Positions 1 through 12,870 of a stretch of 64,000 nucleotides of DNA are shown in pieces (the first letter of the stretch is position 1; each line of letters begins with the position of its first letter). Location: NCBI GenBank assembly GCA_012295275.1, contig CM022673.1, positions 28,024,001-28,088,000 of the forward strand, read 5' to 3'. The position numbers and the translations under genes were made by a program. The notes beneath the pieces were generated by a model. The model worked only from the letters and a program-made list of their open reading frames with translations, had not been told where the DNA came from and searched no databases. The DNA comes from Chrysomallon squamiferum. Lineage: Eukaryota; Animalia; Mollusca.

Positions 1-425
1 AATCTTTTATTATGTTTTAAAGTTTAATTTGGATAAAAGTCAGTAATAGATTGAAATTACATAGCAAGTTTTTTTTTTTCCTATTATCATTATATTGTTT
101 GTAGTTCTGGTTTTTTTAAAATTATTATTTCAATTTATTTGTTTTTTGTTTATTGGGTAATATAATATGAATATGATACAGAAAAAAAATATAAAAGTTG
201 TGATAATTCATATATTTTTATTATTATTTTTTTTATATTTTTAATAATATAAATAAAATGTAAACATTATTATAAATTTCTTTTTTATTTTCTTTATTTG
301 CATCTTTGTTTCTTCCATTACTTTATAATAGAATTTACAAATAGTTTTGTATAAGACAGAGAGAAAGAGGTGTTTGAATTGAATTCCGTGATATATGTTT
401 TTTGTCTACCTGGTAATGTAATCTG

Positions 426-732
426 CAACTTATATCAGTCTGAGTAGAATATTTGGCTGAGTGGGATGGGCCGAGGTCGTTACTCCTCACTGAACGGTTT
501 TAGTCATCTCCCATTTCATCTGCAGCTAGGACTCAGTTTTACCCCTGTTTCTGGAAAGGCGAATATAAAAAAAATATCTTGCTACATGTATAAAGACGAT
601 CACCATAATTTGGCAGCAATAGGTTTCCTTTGTTCTGGTGTGGTCGTTAACCGTACAAATTTCATTACTTGATGATTAATAAACAACATTTAATGTGTTG
701 AGTGTGTTATTAACAAAAAATATTTCCTTCCT
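426..732 (+). mobile_element. Decayed tRNA-headed SINE, Meta/MESC-domain-like (gastropod type)
   Basis: Collinear blocks match a molluscan SINE consensus recalled from memory: ATATAAAA..ATCTTGCT, TGGCAGCAATAGGTTTCCT, TGTGGTCGTTAACC, and a 3' end AATGTGTTGAGTGTGTTATTAACAAAAAATATTTCCTTCC. The 5' head is heavily mutated. Related fragments occur elsewhere in the window. Confidence 0.6.
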
Positions 733-995
733 GTTGTATCACGTCTTAAGACAAAAATCAAGAAATAATTGTGTTAATCACATGTATAGATTTTTTTTCT
801 TCATCTTTGACTCTTACTCCAAGTGTTTAAATAGCTGTTGACTCAATCCATAAGTTGTTGTTTGAATCCTGCAGCAGTACAGAGAAGTCATTTGTGTAAA
901 TAGTTTTTATTGTTGTTGTGGGAAGTAACTAAAGATCATAATACAGATTGATTAAAAGATGGTATTGATTTTTTAAAAAAGTAATTGTTAATGTT

Positions 996-996
<1 letters not shown>

Positions 997-1035
<39 letters not shown>

Positions 1036-1213
1036 AGTGTTATATATATATATATATAATTTCCTGTTTTGGTTGAATCTGTATATTAAGATATTGATTT
1101 AGTTCAAGAATTGTAAGTAAACTGGACACCTGTCACTACATGAGAAACATATTTTTCATTTATATTGTATAAGTAATTTGTGATACAAATATTTATTTTG
1201 ACTCTATGTATGT

Positions 1214-1253
<40 letters not shown>
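997..1253. repeat. (TG)n/(TA)n and (CA)n microsatellites in opposite orientation
   Basis: TG run ~997-1033, TA run ~1041-1058, CA run ~1213-1253. Confidence 0.95.
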
Positions 1254-1255
<2 letters not shown>

Positions 1256-1954
1256 TTTAAACAGAGGTCTTGTTATATACATATATGATTTTTTTTCTCT
1301 TTGTACAAGCTGAATATTACTGATGGTAGAAAGCATATACAGCGACAAATAATGAACGTTTATTAAAGTGGAGTTCTGTTCCCATCCATTTCTGTCTGTC
1401 TGCATGTGTGTCTAATGTGTCTGTCTGACTGTTATTATCTGTTATACAAAATGTGTATTATTTTTCTCCATGTTTAGGCTTGTATGCTTTATTTTGTCAC
1501 CTATCTTTAGATAATAATTGATTATGAAGAAAGAAGGTTGGCGAAACAACCAAGAAGCGACTGATACAATTATCTGTATGTTTCTGTACATCTTTCTGTA
1601 TACTGGCATTCAGTATTTATTTTTTCTTAAATAATGGTTCAAAGACCTCAAAAGCCACAGAAGAATGTTATCTAAGTATCTGTATATACAGATATCAATA
1701 TCTGTATATATATATCTGTACAATAATTCTTTGTTTAAAAAAGAAGAAAAAGAAGAAAAGAGTTACGTTTCATCACCGTTGTGTTTTTTTATCTGTAAAT
1801 CGTGGAATGAGATGAATTCAGTTTAACCCTTACTGTATTACACAGATTTTTGGGGGTTTGTAGGCTTATGAGATAAATGAAAGAAATAAATTGTTTTTGT
1901 CAGTCTGATCGGCAAATAGTTACATTTTTTAAAGTGTGATTTAAAATTGTTACA

Positions 1955-1990
1955 CTTCAGTGATTGGTTGTAACAAAGGCTTCTGATTTC
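1955..1990 (+). mobile_element. Short fragment of the same SINE family
   Basis: CAGTGATTGGTTGTAACAAAGGC resembles the SINE body block GACTGGTGTAACAAAGGC. The match is very short. Confidence 0.3.
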
Positions 1991-2354
1991 CACCCTCAGT
2001 TTATTTATTTATTTTATTTTTACTTTTGTCTTTTTTTTTTTTTTTCTTTCTTTTGTCGCTTTTTACTTCTTCTGTTTTCTGCTTTTTATTCTTTCTTTTG
2101 TTCTTACCTGTTATTGTTTTTAAACTAAAATTTCAGCACAAAAATCTTTATAATATTCTTCTCTGGCTATTAATTTTTACAAAGAACATTTAATAGTAAT
2201 TAATTTTTTTTTTTTTAAATATTTAAGTTTTAATGTGTTGTATTAGCAATTGATCAAACTGATTTAAAAAAATATTTTTATGTTTATGGTTTTTTGTGTT
2301 TGTGTATATGTGTCTGTATTAATTTGTCACTATAATATGTCAGAACGTTTGTGT

Positions 2355-2455
2355 AGATGTTTGTATGTATATGTGTGAGTGTGTGAGTGAGTGTGTGTGT
2401 GTGAGTGAGTGTGTGTGTGTGAGTGAGTGTGTGTGTGCATATGTGTGTGTGTGTT
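2355..2455. repeat. Degenerate (TG)n/(GAGT) microsatellite
   Basis: Direct reading. Confidence 0.9.
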
Positions 2456-2794
2456 GGAGATGTGTATATATATCTCTGTGTCTTCATGTATGAGTAGGTC
2501 TGTGTTTATGAGTGTTTTGTATGTTAGGGTGTGTGAACTTGTGGGTGTGTGTTTACGTGTATGTTTGAATGCAGTTATGTGGTCAGACTGAAAGTTTACT
2601 AATCCGAGAAAAGTGATAAGTAAGTCTGGCTCATTAAGTGATCAGTGAATGGTCAAGGCAAGGACTACTGCCTCTAAGCCCCTATTTCCGTCAAGCGTCT
2701 GACCTCTTATTTCAACATACACACACACGGTGTCAAGTTGCTAAGTCTTCAAGGTAACTGTGGATGAAGAAATGATTTTAAATACAAAATACAA

Positions 2795-2818
2795 ATAATA
2801 CTACAAATAATACTAGTA

Positions 2819-2914
<96 letters not shown>

Positions 2915-3092
2915 GTAATAATGGTAATAGTAGTAGTAGTACTAGTAGTAGTAGTAGTAGTAGTGGTAGTAGTAGTAGTGATAGTAGTAGTAGTAGTAGT
3001 AATAGTAGTAATAGTAGTAGTAATAATAGTAGTAGTAATAGCAGCAGCAATAGTAGTTGTAGTGATAGTGGTAATAAATAAATAAATAAATA
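2795..3092. repeat. Compound (TAA)n-(TAG)n-(TAAA)n microsatellite
   Basis: About 30 pure TAA units followed by TAG units. Explains the poly-Leu ORF 2778..3164. Confidence 0.97.
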
Positions 3093-3449
3093 AGATAAAA
3101 AAGTACCTTGTCTATGATGTCTAGTATTTGTTAACCTGTTATATTTTACAAACTTGAGTTTCATGCTACTAAGTGAAAAAGACTTGATCTTTATAATTGT
3201 AACTGGGTTTACCTCATGTTATCTGTGTGACCCTAAACCATAGCTATGACACCATACATCAATGACAACTTGGCCTTTCACTAGTCAACTGTTTGAAATG
3301 TGCTTACATCCTCAGAGGGTTAAAGCATATCTGTCATGTCCCCACATCAAAGAACCTGGTACTTGATACAGTGTCAGTATATCGATTGTTTGGTTAGAGA
3401 GAAGATACAGTGTTTTTATTAATGTCGTATACAAAATGACTCAAAAGTC

Positions 3450-4010
3450 TGTTCTACAATATAAGTTAAACTCTTATTATTTTTTAATTTGTTTGGTTTA
3501 ATTCATATTGTGTGATATAGCTTTTAACAAAATTAATATTTTATAAGCATGTTGTGTTAATTTTTAAACAGGGTCTAATAAAGTTTAACCTATATTTTAT
3601 TTGAAAAATGTTTAACAAACTGTGTAACATTTAAAATATGTTTTGCTTACCTTATTTTGTTACACAAATTTTAAATAAAATAATTTAATTTCCACATTGA
3701 GGGACATTATGTGATTATGTTTGGGTGAAAACCTTAATGATGTAAATACTATGTAAAACTAGTTTCGATTAAACTACATTATTTTGAAACTTTGTACAAT
3801 ATTGATGAAACTAGATTGATGAAACTAGATTGATTTATTTAAAATCTTTGTAATACAATATAGGTTAAACTTGATTATCACTATTTAAATATTAACACAA
3901 TGTTGATAAGAAATACATTATTTTGTTTTAAAATTTTATAACACAGTATGAATTAAACTAAATAATTTTTAAAAAATTGCAATACTTTGGGTTTTAATTA
4001 GTTTATTTAA
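3450..4010. repeat. Old degenerate AT-rich minisatellite (~40-50 bp unit)
   Basis: Recurring AAACT(A/T)GATT..TTTAAAA..TTTGTAA..ACAATAT..GTT blocks, plus an exact 14-bp duplication ATTGATGAAACTAG near 3800-3828. Confidence 0.55.
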
Positions 4011-4585
4011 AAAATGGATAGATGAAGCTAACTTTTATTTTAAAAATACATAACGGTACAGGTTAAACAATATTTCTATTTTAATAATCTTTTCAAGAGA
4101 GACTTTTCCACAAGGATGGCATATAAAAAAAATCTTCAAAAAAAAAAAAAAAAATTTATGAAGACTAAAGAATTTTTTTTTTAGTATAATAGTGTATAAA
4201 GACAATAAATGTATATTCATAATTCTTTTTGATCTTTATACATTTTTATTGCAATAGTATCCAAGAGCTAATTAAGGAATAAAGATCAAGAAGGAAGAAA
4301 AAATACACGTGTTCATTAATATGGTGTAACATTCAGTATAGAACCAACCCATTTAGTTGCAAAGACTTGGAAGGCCAGATTGGATCAGTGAGAATATCTG
4401 TACAGGTTCAAATAAAGAAATATGTGAGGAAAAAAAAAGAGAGACTTGACAGGTTTATTCATATATTCACATTTTGTAAAGATTTCCTACTCAAATTTAT
4501 CCTCATTTAAGGACCTTTATTCAGTGTTGATATTACATCCTGTTTTTTTATCTATCCTAGCCACATGTCTTGCCCTTATACCCAA

Positions 4586-4586
<1 letters not shown>

Positions 4587-4640
<54 letters not shown>
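4587..4640. repeat. (CA)n microsatellite
   Basis: Direct reading. Confidence 0.97.
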
Positions 4641-4644
<4 letters not shown>

Positions 4645-5917
4645 TACATACACTTTACCAGGAAATAATTTAATTGTATATATATATATAGGTATTAGTG
4701 GGTATATTAGAAAACTGATAAGGAAGTTACTGTCACAAGTTTCTGACTCTTTGTGACGTAACAGCTTAAATTAAACTCACTGGACTATTAGCTGTATTTA
4801 ATTATAAATACAAGATTTCAGTTTATGACATTTTAATGCTGGTTTTTTTTTTTTTTTTTTTTCTTGGAGTGAAATAACCATTTCATTGCTATTTATATAC
4901 TTGAGATGTAAATAAAAATTGATACATCTGACAAGGCACGCAGTTTTGATGATACACATTATCAAGTAAAGGTTTGTATTGTTTTAGATTTAGACAAATC
5001 AGTTTTTATATTCATTGAGTTTGATTTTGCAGTTTTCATTTACAAATAATTGTCAGCTGGAATTTAGTTTAGCCTTTAGAATTTCACTATTTTCAGTTTA
5101 TAAATGTTATTTATTTATTTGCATGTTGTTTAACCAGTTTTAATTTTTTAACTGGAAAAGTATGTTTCACTTTTTATTTCCATTTATTTCAATATGTTAA
5201 CATTTATATATTTATCAAAATTAAATAAATGTTTATGTTTCTTTATTAACACTACATTCCTAGAATTTATTATAGTTATTCTGTCCATCGGAATACCTTT
5301 AGCTAATTTTATCTTAAAAGTTTATTTATCTTTATTTACAAAACCTAAAATATAATTTATACATGTTCAGTTTTCTTCAAAAATATAAAAAGAAATCATT
5401 GGTTTGATGTAGTCATTTTGCTTACAAATATATATATTTTTTTAATTAAATTTTGTTTTGCCTATAAAGTAATTTTATTAATAAATAAACATCCATTAAA
5501 CGAAATAAACTGAATCCACCTAATCCTTCAGTTCAACTTAAGTCTTATAAATCTCATTAAACTGGGATCAGCCACACACAGTTTGTGTACAATACCTGTC
5601 CCCCGGAGATTATGCAACATCCAAACACTGATCTGTTGACAATTAGCAGTTTGTTAATCTCCATTCAGCAGAAATTCTATTGCCAGATCGGCGTGTAATT
5701 TTGTTGCTGTGTTTTGGTGTCTGAAGTGTGTCAGATCACTTTGATCACACCAGGTAGGATGAACAGACAATTGGATGCTTGGGTTTAATTCAAGTCAGGT
5801 GTCGCATCAGCGAATCTTGCTTCCTGACAGGTTCAGAAAAAAAACTTGTCTCGGTGAATGGACTCTTGTCACTTCCCCCCCCTCCACGACACGTCACTGC
5901 AGATTTTGTCTCTTTAC

Positions 5918-5981
5918 CTGAAACACAGCTTTCTTCTGAAACTCAGCTTTATCTGAAACACAGCTTTCTTCTGAAACACAG
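5918..5981. repeat. 17-18 bp tandem repeat CTGAAACACAGCTTTCTT, ~3.6 copies
   Basis: ctgaaacacagctttctt ctgaaactcagctttat ctgaaacacagctttctt ctgaaacacag. Confidence 0.9.
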
Positions 5982-6066
5982 ATTAAACAGTTGTAATTTT
6001 CCTTTCATTCATTGATACAAATAATCATGAATTACTACCTCAGTTATATACCTGATTTTATATATA

Positions 6067-6069
<3 letters not shown>

Positions 6070-6160
<91 letters not shown>
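6070..6160. repeat. (TG)n-(TA)n microsatellite
   Basis: Direct reading. Confidence 0.95.
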
Positions 6161-6327
6161 GGTAGATATATTCTGGTATCTAAAATTCAGATAACTTTTT
6201 ATCATGCAGGTTTTTTTCAACTTTCACATTGAATGACTGTAACATTTCTCATTTGAAATGGCTCTTTCACAACTCTGGAGTTGAACAGTTATATTTGATT
6301 TCTTTTCAGTCATTTCATACCATTAAC

Positions 6328-6495
6328 ACTGAACAATTTCTATCAGTGTTTGCTTTTCACATCAAGTTTTCATTTTCTTCACATTCAAGTTGAACGGTAA
6401 ACTTACATCAATTTTTATTTTTTTAAAATATTTTTGCTATTATTATTTTTTTTCATTCAGACTGAACAATTTTACTAGTGTTTGCTTTTCATATC
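6328..6495. repeat. Decayed local direct duplication (~132 bp period)
   Basis: ACTGAACAATTT..AGTGTTTGCTTTTCA.ATC occurs at ~6328-6363 and ~6460-6495. Confidence 0.75.
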
Positions 6496-6729
6496 TTGAT
6501 GTTCAGGTTGTGTTTTCTTTTCATATTAAAAAAAAGTCCATTCACCAACAAGTTACACTGAACTGAACACTTGTTTCATTAGACATTATAATGGTGATTG
6601 TATCCTGTTGGATGACATAAAGTTTTATTGATGTAAGACTAACTCATAGTGTTTCTTGGTTGCAGTAAAGAATATTCAGTGTAATGACCATCTGCTTTAT
6701 TGCCTATTGTCCTAAATGAATGAACAAAA

Positions 6730-6870
6730 GAGATTTTGTTAATGATATTAACTAACACACATGCATTTCTCACATAATGATAATAGATAGGAAACCTGCT
6801 ATTGTCGGTTAGTTATACCAATTTGTAGCAAAGAATTAATGATATTTGAAATATATACAATTTCCATATA
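6730..6870 (-). mobile_element. Decayed SINE fragment (same family as 426-732)
   Basis: AGGAAACCTGCT...TTTGTAGCAAAGAAT is the reverse-orientation core (AGGAAACCCGCT...TAGCAGCAAGGGAT). Confidence 0.4.
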
Positions 6871-7147
6871 TACATGTATATGTCTGTATCAGAGAGAGGT
6901 ATATATATATACAGATATAGATAGATGTACATGTACCTGCAGGTGTAGATTTAGATACAGAGATAGAGATATGGGTATGTGTTCCTCTTTGTAAGAGGAA
7001 AGTGTATAACATGGACTTTGATAAGACAGTTTTGTGTCATTCATTAATGGATGGTACATGAAATCAGCACCACATTTGTTACATATGTTTTTATTTTATT
7101 TCTTCATTGTTGAAAAATGGATTAAAATTTCTATTTTTAAAAAAAAA

Positions 7148-7187
7148 ACACACACACACACACACACATACATATATATAAATATAT

Positions 7188-7218
<31 letters not shown>

Positions 7219-7372
7219 GATATATACACACACATATACACATACATATATACATACACACATACATACATATATACATACACACACATACATACGTACA
7301 TACACATTCATACATACACAGATACATATATACATACATACATTCTATACACACACACACACATACATACAC
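7148..7372. repeat. (CA)/(TA)/(TACA) compound microsatellite
   Basis: Direct reading. Confidence 0.95.
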
Positions 7373-7687
7373 TTAAACAGTATACATCTTGACAGAACTT
7401 ACATTGCCACCACTGACACTTACCCTCACCATCAAGAAGGAGCAGTAAATTAAAATAACGACAACTGTATTGGCAGTTCAGTCTTTGCACTCAGTGTATG
7501 TGTAAATCATTGCTTTGTCAGAGGGTGAGTGATCTGTAGATGCCTTTTAGTTGGACTCATGAGCAATCTCAGTGGTCATTAGGGTCCCAGTGTAAACCTA
7601 ATCATTGTTTTCTCATCAAGGAACAAGAGTGTCCCTGGTGTTGAAACAAGCGTCTCTGCATGTTTGTCCTGTCCCTTATTGTTCCAG

Positions 7688-7764
7688 CTGCTGATCTCCA
7701 GTCTGCTTGCCTGCCTCATGCTGGCTCCAGTGCTCTCACAGAGTGATCCATCAGAGGAGTCAAG
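7688..7764 (+). other. Candidate 77-nt internal exon (frame 0 reads LLISSLLACLMLAPVLSQSDPSEES, signal-peptide-like)
   Basis: Pyrimidine-rich acceptor tttgtcctgtcccttattgttccAG, donor AAG|GTtggt, GC-rich body. No partner exons or homology identified. Confidence 0.2.
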
Positions 7765-8482
7765 GTTGGTGCACTTGCTGAGGTTATTAATTCACTTGTA
7801 GTCGTTTAAATGATGTATAAGGTGAAGAAGATGATGATCTTTTTTTTGCCATCTTAGCATCCTAACGTCATCTGTTTTCTGCTCTAGTTTTAAATTATTA
7901 TTTTTTTTTTTTTTGCCTCAGACAATTTAGGATTTATTTGATTTAGAAGTTTATAGTGTGTGTGCATACATATTGTTGTGCTTATTATATTTTCAATCTG
8001 TCAAATACAATATTTTAAGTTGTATAAATTATTTTGTCTTCATCAAAGAATACAATTTTTTTATTTTTTTATTTTTATTTTTATTTTTTTATTATACTGG
8101 TTTACCATTCCTTTCATTCTCTCACCTTTCTTACTTTACCTGGCCAGTTCTCTATGTATTTATCTCTCAAATTATTTAGCGTTCATTTGATTTACAAAGA
8201 TTAGTAAAGTTGTCCCTTTGTTCATCTATCTTAATGTCCATGCTTTGACAGTCTTGCCATCTGTCTGTGAATTAATCCATCTGTCCTTTTCTCCATCCAT
8301 TCATTCCTCTGTACATTTATCTATCTATTCACTCATCTATATAATCCATTCTTCTTTCTGGCCATCCATTTATGCATCTGTTAATTTCTCTGTCCGTTCT
8401 TCCATTGATCCACAGATTCATTTGTCATGTTTGATGTCACTTTGTTTATGACATAATCAGTAACATAACAATAAAACTACTG

Positions 8483-8486
<4 letters not shown>

Positions 8487-8532
<46 letters not shown>

Positions 8533-8533
8533 A

Positions 8534-8597
<64 letters not shown>
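8487..8597. repeat. (TG)n-(AG)n compound microsatellite
   Basis: Direct reading. Confidence 0.97.
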
Positions 8598-8598
<1 letters not shown>

Positions 8599-9167
8599 TA
8601 TGAAATAACTAATAGCCAATATAGTTTTGTTTCAAGTATCTTTCTTTTGTTCATTCTTACATATACATAAACTGGACCAGAAAATTACAACTTCTTTTCA
8701 TTTATTTATTTATATGATACAAAACAAGAGTAATTTTGTCCCAGTTTATCATTCATTCATTTCATATATACATACATATATATATACACATTTATATACA
8801 CACACAGACACACACACAAAAACATATATTACTTCATTTGTGTCTATTATGCGTACAAATATGACAACCGTCTCTTTATTTCCAGTAAGTTATTTCCTTC
8901 GTTAGGTAATATTGACCACCTTTATAAATATTCAAGCAATGAAAAGAAACAATTTCTCTTTACTCCTAACCCAACATGTCTGGAAATAAAGAAATAAATA
9001 AATAAAAACGACTCAAGGAAAAAAAGTCACCACTTCGAATGGGGCAGCAGGAAATTGCTCTCATAGTTGCTTATTTAATTTTATTTCTCGGAATTTGCAG
9101 CATGTTATGTTGTTGACAGGCCAAGTTCACCTATAGGTTATGATAGGCTGTATGAGTGAGTCTCTGT

Positions 9168-9208
<41 letters not shown>

Positions 9209-10820
9209 TGTGTATACTCCAGACTAAGTCATCCTGCTTGTATACCTCTCAATTCTGTTGGTAAACGTGAATACCGGATGCCAGGACATGGTGCTCAATG
9301 TGGACATGGTGGATGCTTGTTAACATTGACTTGTGAGTCTGTTTGCTCTGTATTTTCTACCTTATGGGAAGGATCTGCTCCAGTGCTTATGCTGTTTGGA
9401 GACAATATTTGTACAATCAACAAAAACGCTGGTTGTAAGCAGTGATTACCAAGATCTGCGATGCATTCGGAAAAGAGAAGAGGGATTATGAGCCATTGTG
9501 GGCTGAACACTGAAGTACACTGCTGTGTTGAGATGTAAATGTTGGAGATTTTGATGAAAAAAAATGGATGCAAGTTATGATGTGATGTAAAAGATAAATA
9601 AAGTTTATGGTTTGTCATGATGAAGTGTATTGTTTGAAAAAAAAAAAAAAAAAAAAAAGTACTTTTATAGTGTATCTTTAATGTTACATGCCTTTGATTG
9701 TTCTTACATGTGTACCTTTTGATGATATTTGACAAGTGATCTGTAATGCTTTTGGTATTCTGACAACCAGTATTTGCTAATAATAAAGTATGAGATAACA
9801 AGGATGCTGAGGGAGACTGATACTTCACTATCTCACTGTTATTTCATTCTGAGAAATACAAAAAAAAAACTGATCACAGAAAATTGTCAGCTTTGCACTG
9901 ACTTACCCTCTATCAAGCTTTTTTTTTTTTTTTTTGTCTTTCAGTTTCATCCTATCCATGAACACTCATACATCATAAAATAAATGAAAATATCAACTGC
10001 CATCCATCCTCTGTCTTACATTTCTTCTATTAGCATAAACTGGTGCCCAGTATTTTCACATTCATTCATCTTCCATATGATCGACAGATGCATGTTAAGT
10101 AAATAATTATCTGAATATTTACTGATACACTGAACCAGGATTACTGTCTGCTGTGTGTATATATTTGTAGTCCTATCATTTACAGTTAAATATTTCAGTT
10201 TTATATAATCTTTGATAAATCTGTATGATGTGTTTCAGCAATAAGTCAGTAATATTTTATTTTTAAAATATATTGAAACAACACATACATACATACATAC
10301 ATACATACATACACACATACACAACATACATACACACACACACACATACAGACAGACAGAAAGACAGACAGACAGACATACACATACATAAAAAAAAAAT
10401 TCTTCTTCAAAAAGGTATTACAATACAGTTCCATAGTGTTAAATACAAAATATATATTCATATACACAACATGTACATATTATATTTTATACTATTGAAT
10501 TTTGTCATAACACCAGCTCAAAGAAGACACTTACTTTTTTTTTTCTTGTCTTCTACTGTGTTGTTTTAACACATCAGATTAATTTTCATTCCTAATAATA
10601 ACTTGGGTATTCAGTGTATGTCGTTCATTACTTTTTATTGGACAGAAACTTGATAGACCTTACATATTTTGGTTTTTGAATTAACCATAAATATTATTAG
10701 TTAGTCAAGTCAGTAAAATTCTATTGATAAACTGCGACTGGTAATGGAATGACTCACTACTAAAATAATAAATCTGGTGACAGCAAATCAAAGTTTCCAA
10801 GGGCATTTTGTGAACATCGC

Positions 10821-10858
<38 letters not shown>

Positions 10859-11105
10859 AAGACACTCTACTGAACTTTTTTTTTTTTTTTTTTTTTTTTT
10901 TCTTGAAGATGCTATATAGAACTTTTTTTTTATCTTTTTTTTTTTCTTAAAAATAATTCTTTTCTTTTCAGATTTATAAATCTAATATCAAATTTTATAA
11001 AGAACCTCATTTCCTTATATCATACATTTCTGTTATAAATTAGTGAGTGCTTTAAACACTGTTAAATAAGTTGGGTATCAGATCTTCTAGCAGAGGTCTA
11101 ACTGT

Positions 11106-11120
11106 AAGGTCAGTGACCTT
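11106..11120. promoter_or_regulatory. Perfect IR1 nuclear-receptor element (AAGGTCA-G-TGACCTT)
   Basis: AGGTCA n TGACCT palindrome, the consensus for EcR/RXR and FXR/RXR type heterodimers. Motif match only. Confidence 0.35.
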
Positions 11121-11566
11121 TTGAGGCTTCTTTTCTCAAGTTCATTAATGCATAGCAGTTTGTCAGCTGAACCCATCATCAGCTTTGCAGTTTTATATTT
11201 TTAAATTTTAAATAATTGCAACTTAATTACTGTTACTGATAAGAAAATAGAGCATATCCAGTAAAGAAGACGTTTTGTTTTTGTACCATCATCGTAATTG
11301 GTTTTAAAGGGAGCTATTCTGGTGTTAGATAAATGTGTTATTAAGTTTATTTTTCTTCCAATAAAATAAAAAAAAATGTCCAAAATAAACCAATGTCAAG
11401 CAAACATAAAACAAATAATAGAAATCTTTCACAGTTGTAGAATTTATTTTAAATGCATATTTTTGTAGTTATAAAGCATAATGAAATAATACTGTTAAAA
11501 TAAATTTAATAAAAATTGGTAGAATGTAAGAGATTTTTCTTCAAAAGTGTTTTTGTATTACATGTT

Positions 11567-11606
<40 letters not shown>

Positions 11607-11949
11607 CATGTTTGTATGTTGTTTATGTGCATGTATATAGTATGTATGTGTGTATATGAATGTATGTGTCTAATACATTAACATGTATCAGTAATCAGGG
11701 AATTCAAGCAGATTGATGGGTTTTTTAATTTTCTATTTAAAAAAGAAAAAGATAAAAAAAAGAAAGGTTATGTCATTCAATTCACTGACCTCTTTCCTAT
11801 CATTTCATTCAGTTTTATTCAAAGGTTCATTCCTATTTGTTGACCATCCATCCATTTCTATAGAGAGGCTAAAGATAAATGAACAAAAAAAAAACAACAT
11901 GTACAAATAAAGAAAAACGTTAAAATAAAAATAACAAAAACTTATTGAC

Positions 11950-12390
11950 TGCTCAGTTAGCCATGTGTTATCTCATTGTGTGCGCGAAGCAGGGTGTAGC
12001 AGGGTGTAGCAGGGTGCATTGTGCCCGGGTGTAAAAAGTGACAGATTGTGTCGCTTATCTTACATCTGGCCTGGCCACAATGCATCCAGCCTCACAACTC
12101 TTACCCAGGCATTAGATCACCCAGAGTTCACATGGGTGTCGGCCCTGCCCCGCACAAAGGCGGCACTTGATGGTTTAACCAAGGTTCATTCTCTAACACC
12201 CACAGGCTAAGTCAACAATAATAAGAAACCACACCAACCCTGTATATTTTTCCACATTGTGTGCCGGCGAATTGAGAACTTTCTTCCCTCGGGGGCAAAA
12301 CCAGATATGTGCAAGGGGAGGGCAGTGGGAGGGAACTGTCAAGGAGTCAGCATGGATAATAGTTGTCAGTGTGCTTTGGCTAATGAATGA
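11950..12390. promoter_or_regulatory. GC-richer island with clustered Sox/HMG sites and an (AGCAGGGTGT)x3 repeat; putative enhancer
   Basis: CATTGTG at 11974, 12017 and 12255; CACAATG at 12076; also CACAAAG and AACAAT. 10-bp repeat at 11988-12016. Confidence 0.4.
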
Positions 12391-12552
12391 ATCCTTATTT
12401 TTTTCTTTTATAAATATTTAAAACATTTTTACTTCATATAAAAAAAAAAAAAAAAAAAAAAGTATTTTTTTTTTTATTGCAGATATAATTGCTGCATAAA
12501 ACCAATTTCTAAAATACTGATGTTATGTAATAATCATAAAGCCTTTGGTGTT

Positions 12553-12870
12553 TTTTTTCCAATATCAACCCCAGTATTATGTCACTGGTTTATTGAAGGC
12601 CATTTTATATATATATATATATATATCTTGATATAAGCATTCTCATAAACATACATATATACATACATTGGTATTTGCTTGATGATGATAATTGTGGAGA
12701 AAAAAACCTGCTAATGTCATATTGTGATTAATCTTAATCATTTACATCTGTCTGTACAGAAAAATAAAAAAAATAATATATATTTCATCCTTTGATCAAA
12801 CAGTTCCACTGATGAGAATTAATCCTGTAACCAGTCACGTCTCAGATCAAATTGTTTAACACAAGCAGCA
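12553..12870. mobile_element. Two decayed SINE fragments in opposite orientation (+ ~12553-12603, - ~12665-12870)
   Basis: CCAGTATTATGTCACTGGTTTATTGAAGGCC on +. AAAACCTGCT and TCCACTGATGAGAATTAATCCTGTAACC (reverse of the tRNA-like head) on -. The latter resembles 58359-58385. Confidence 0.4.

Noticed and set aside
5918-5981. CRISPR-like array (also considered for 10805-10950 and 26447-26799)
   Set aside because: No unique constant-length spacers, eukaryotic context and no cas genes.
8870-8892. Recursive splice site (tctctttatttccAGTAAGT); also ccAGGTattt at ~22400
   Set aside because: The first has only one G (not AG|GT), and the second has a weak donor. Neither can be supported without RNA data.
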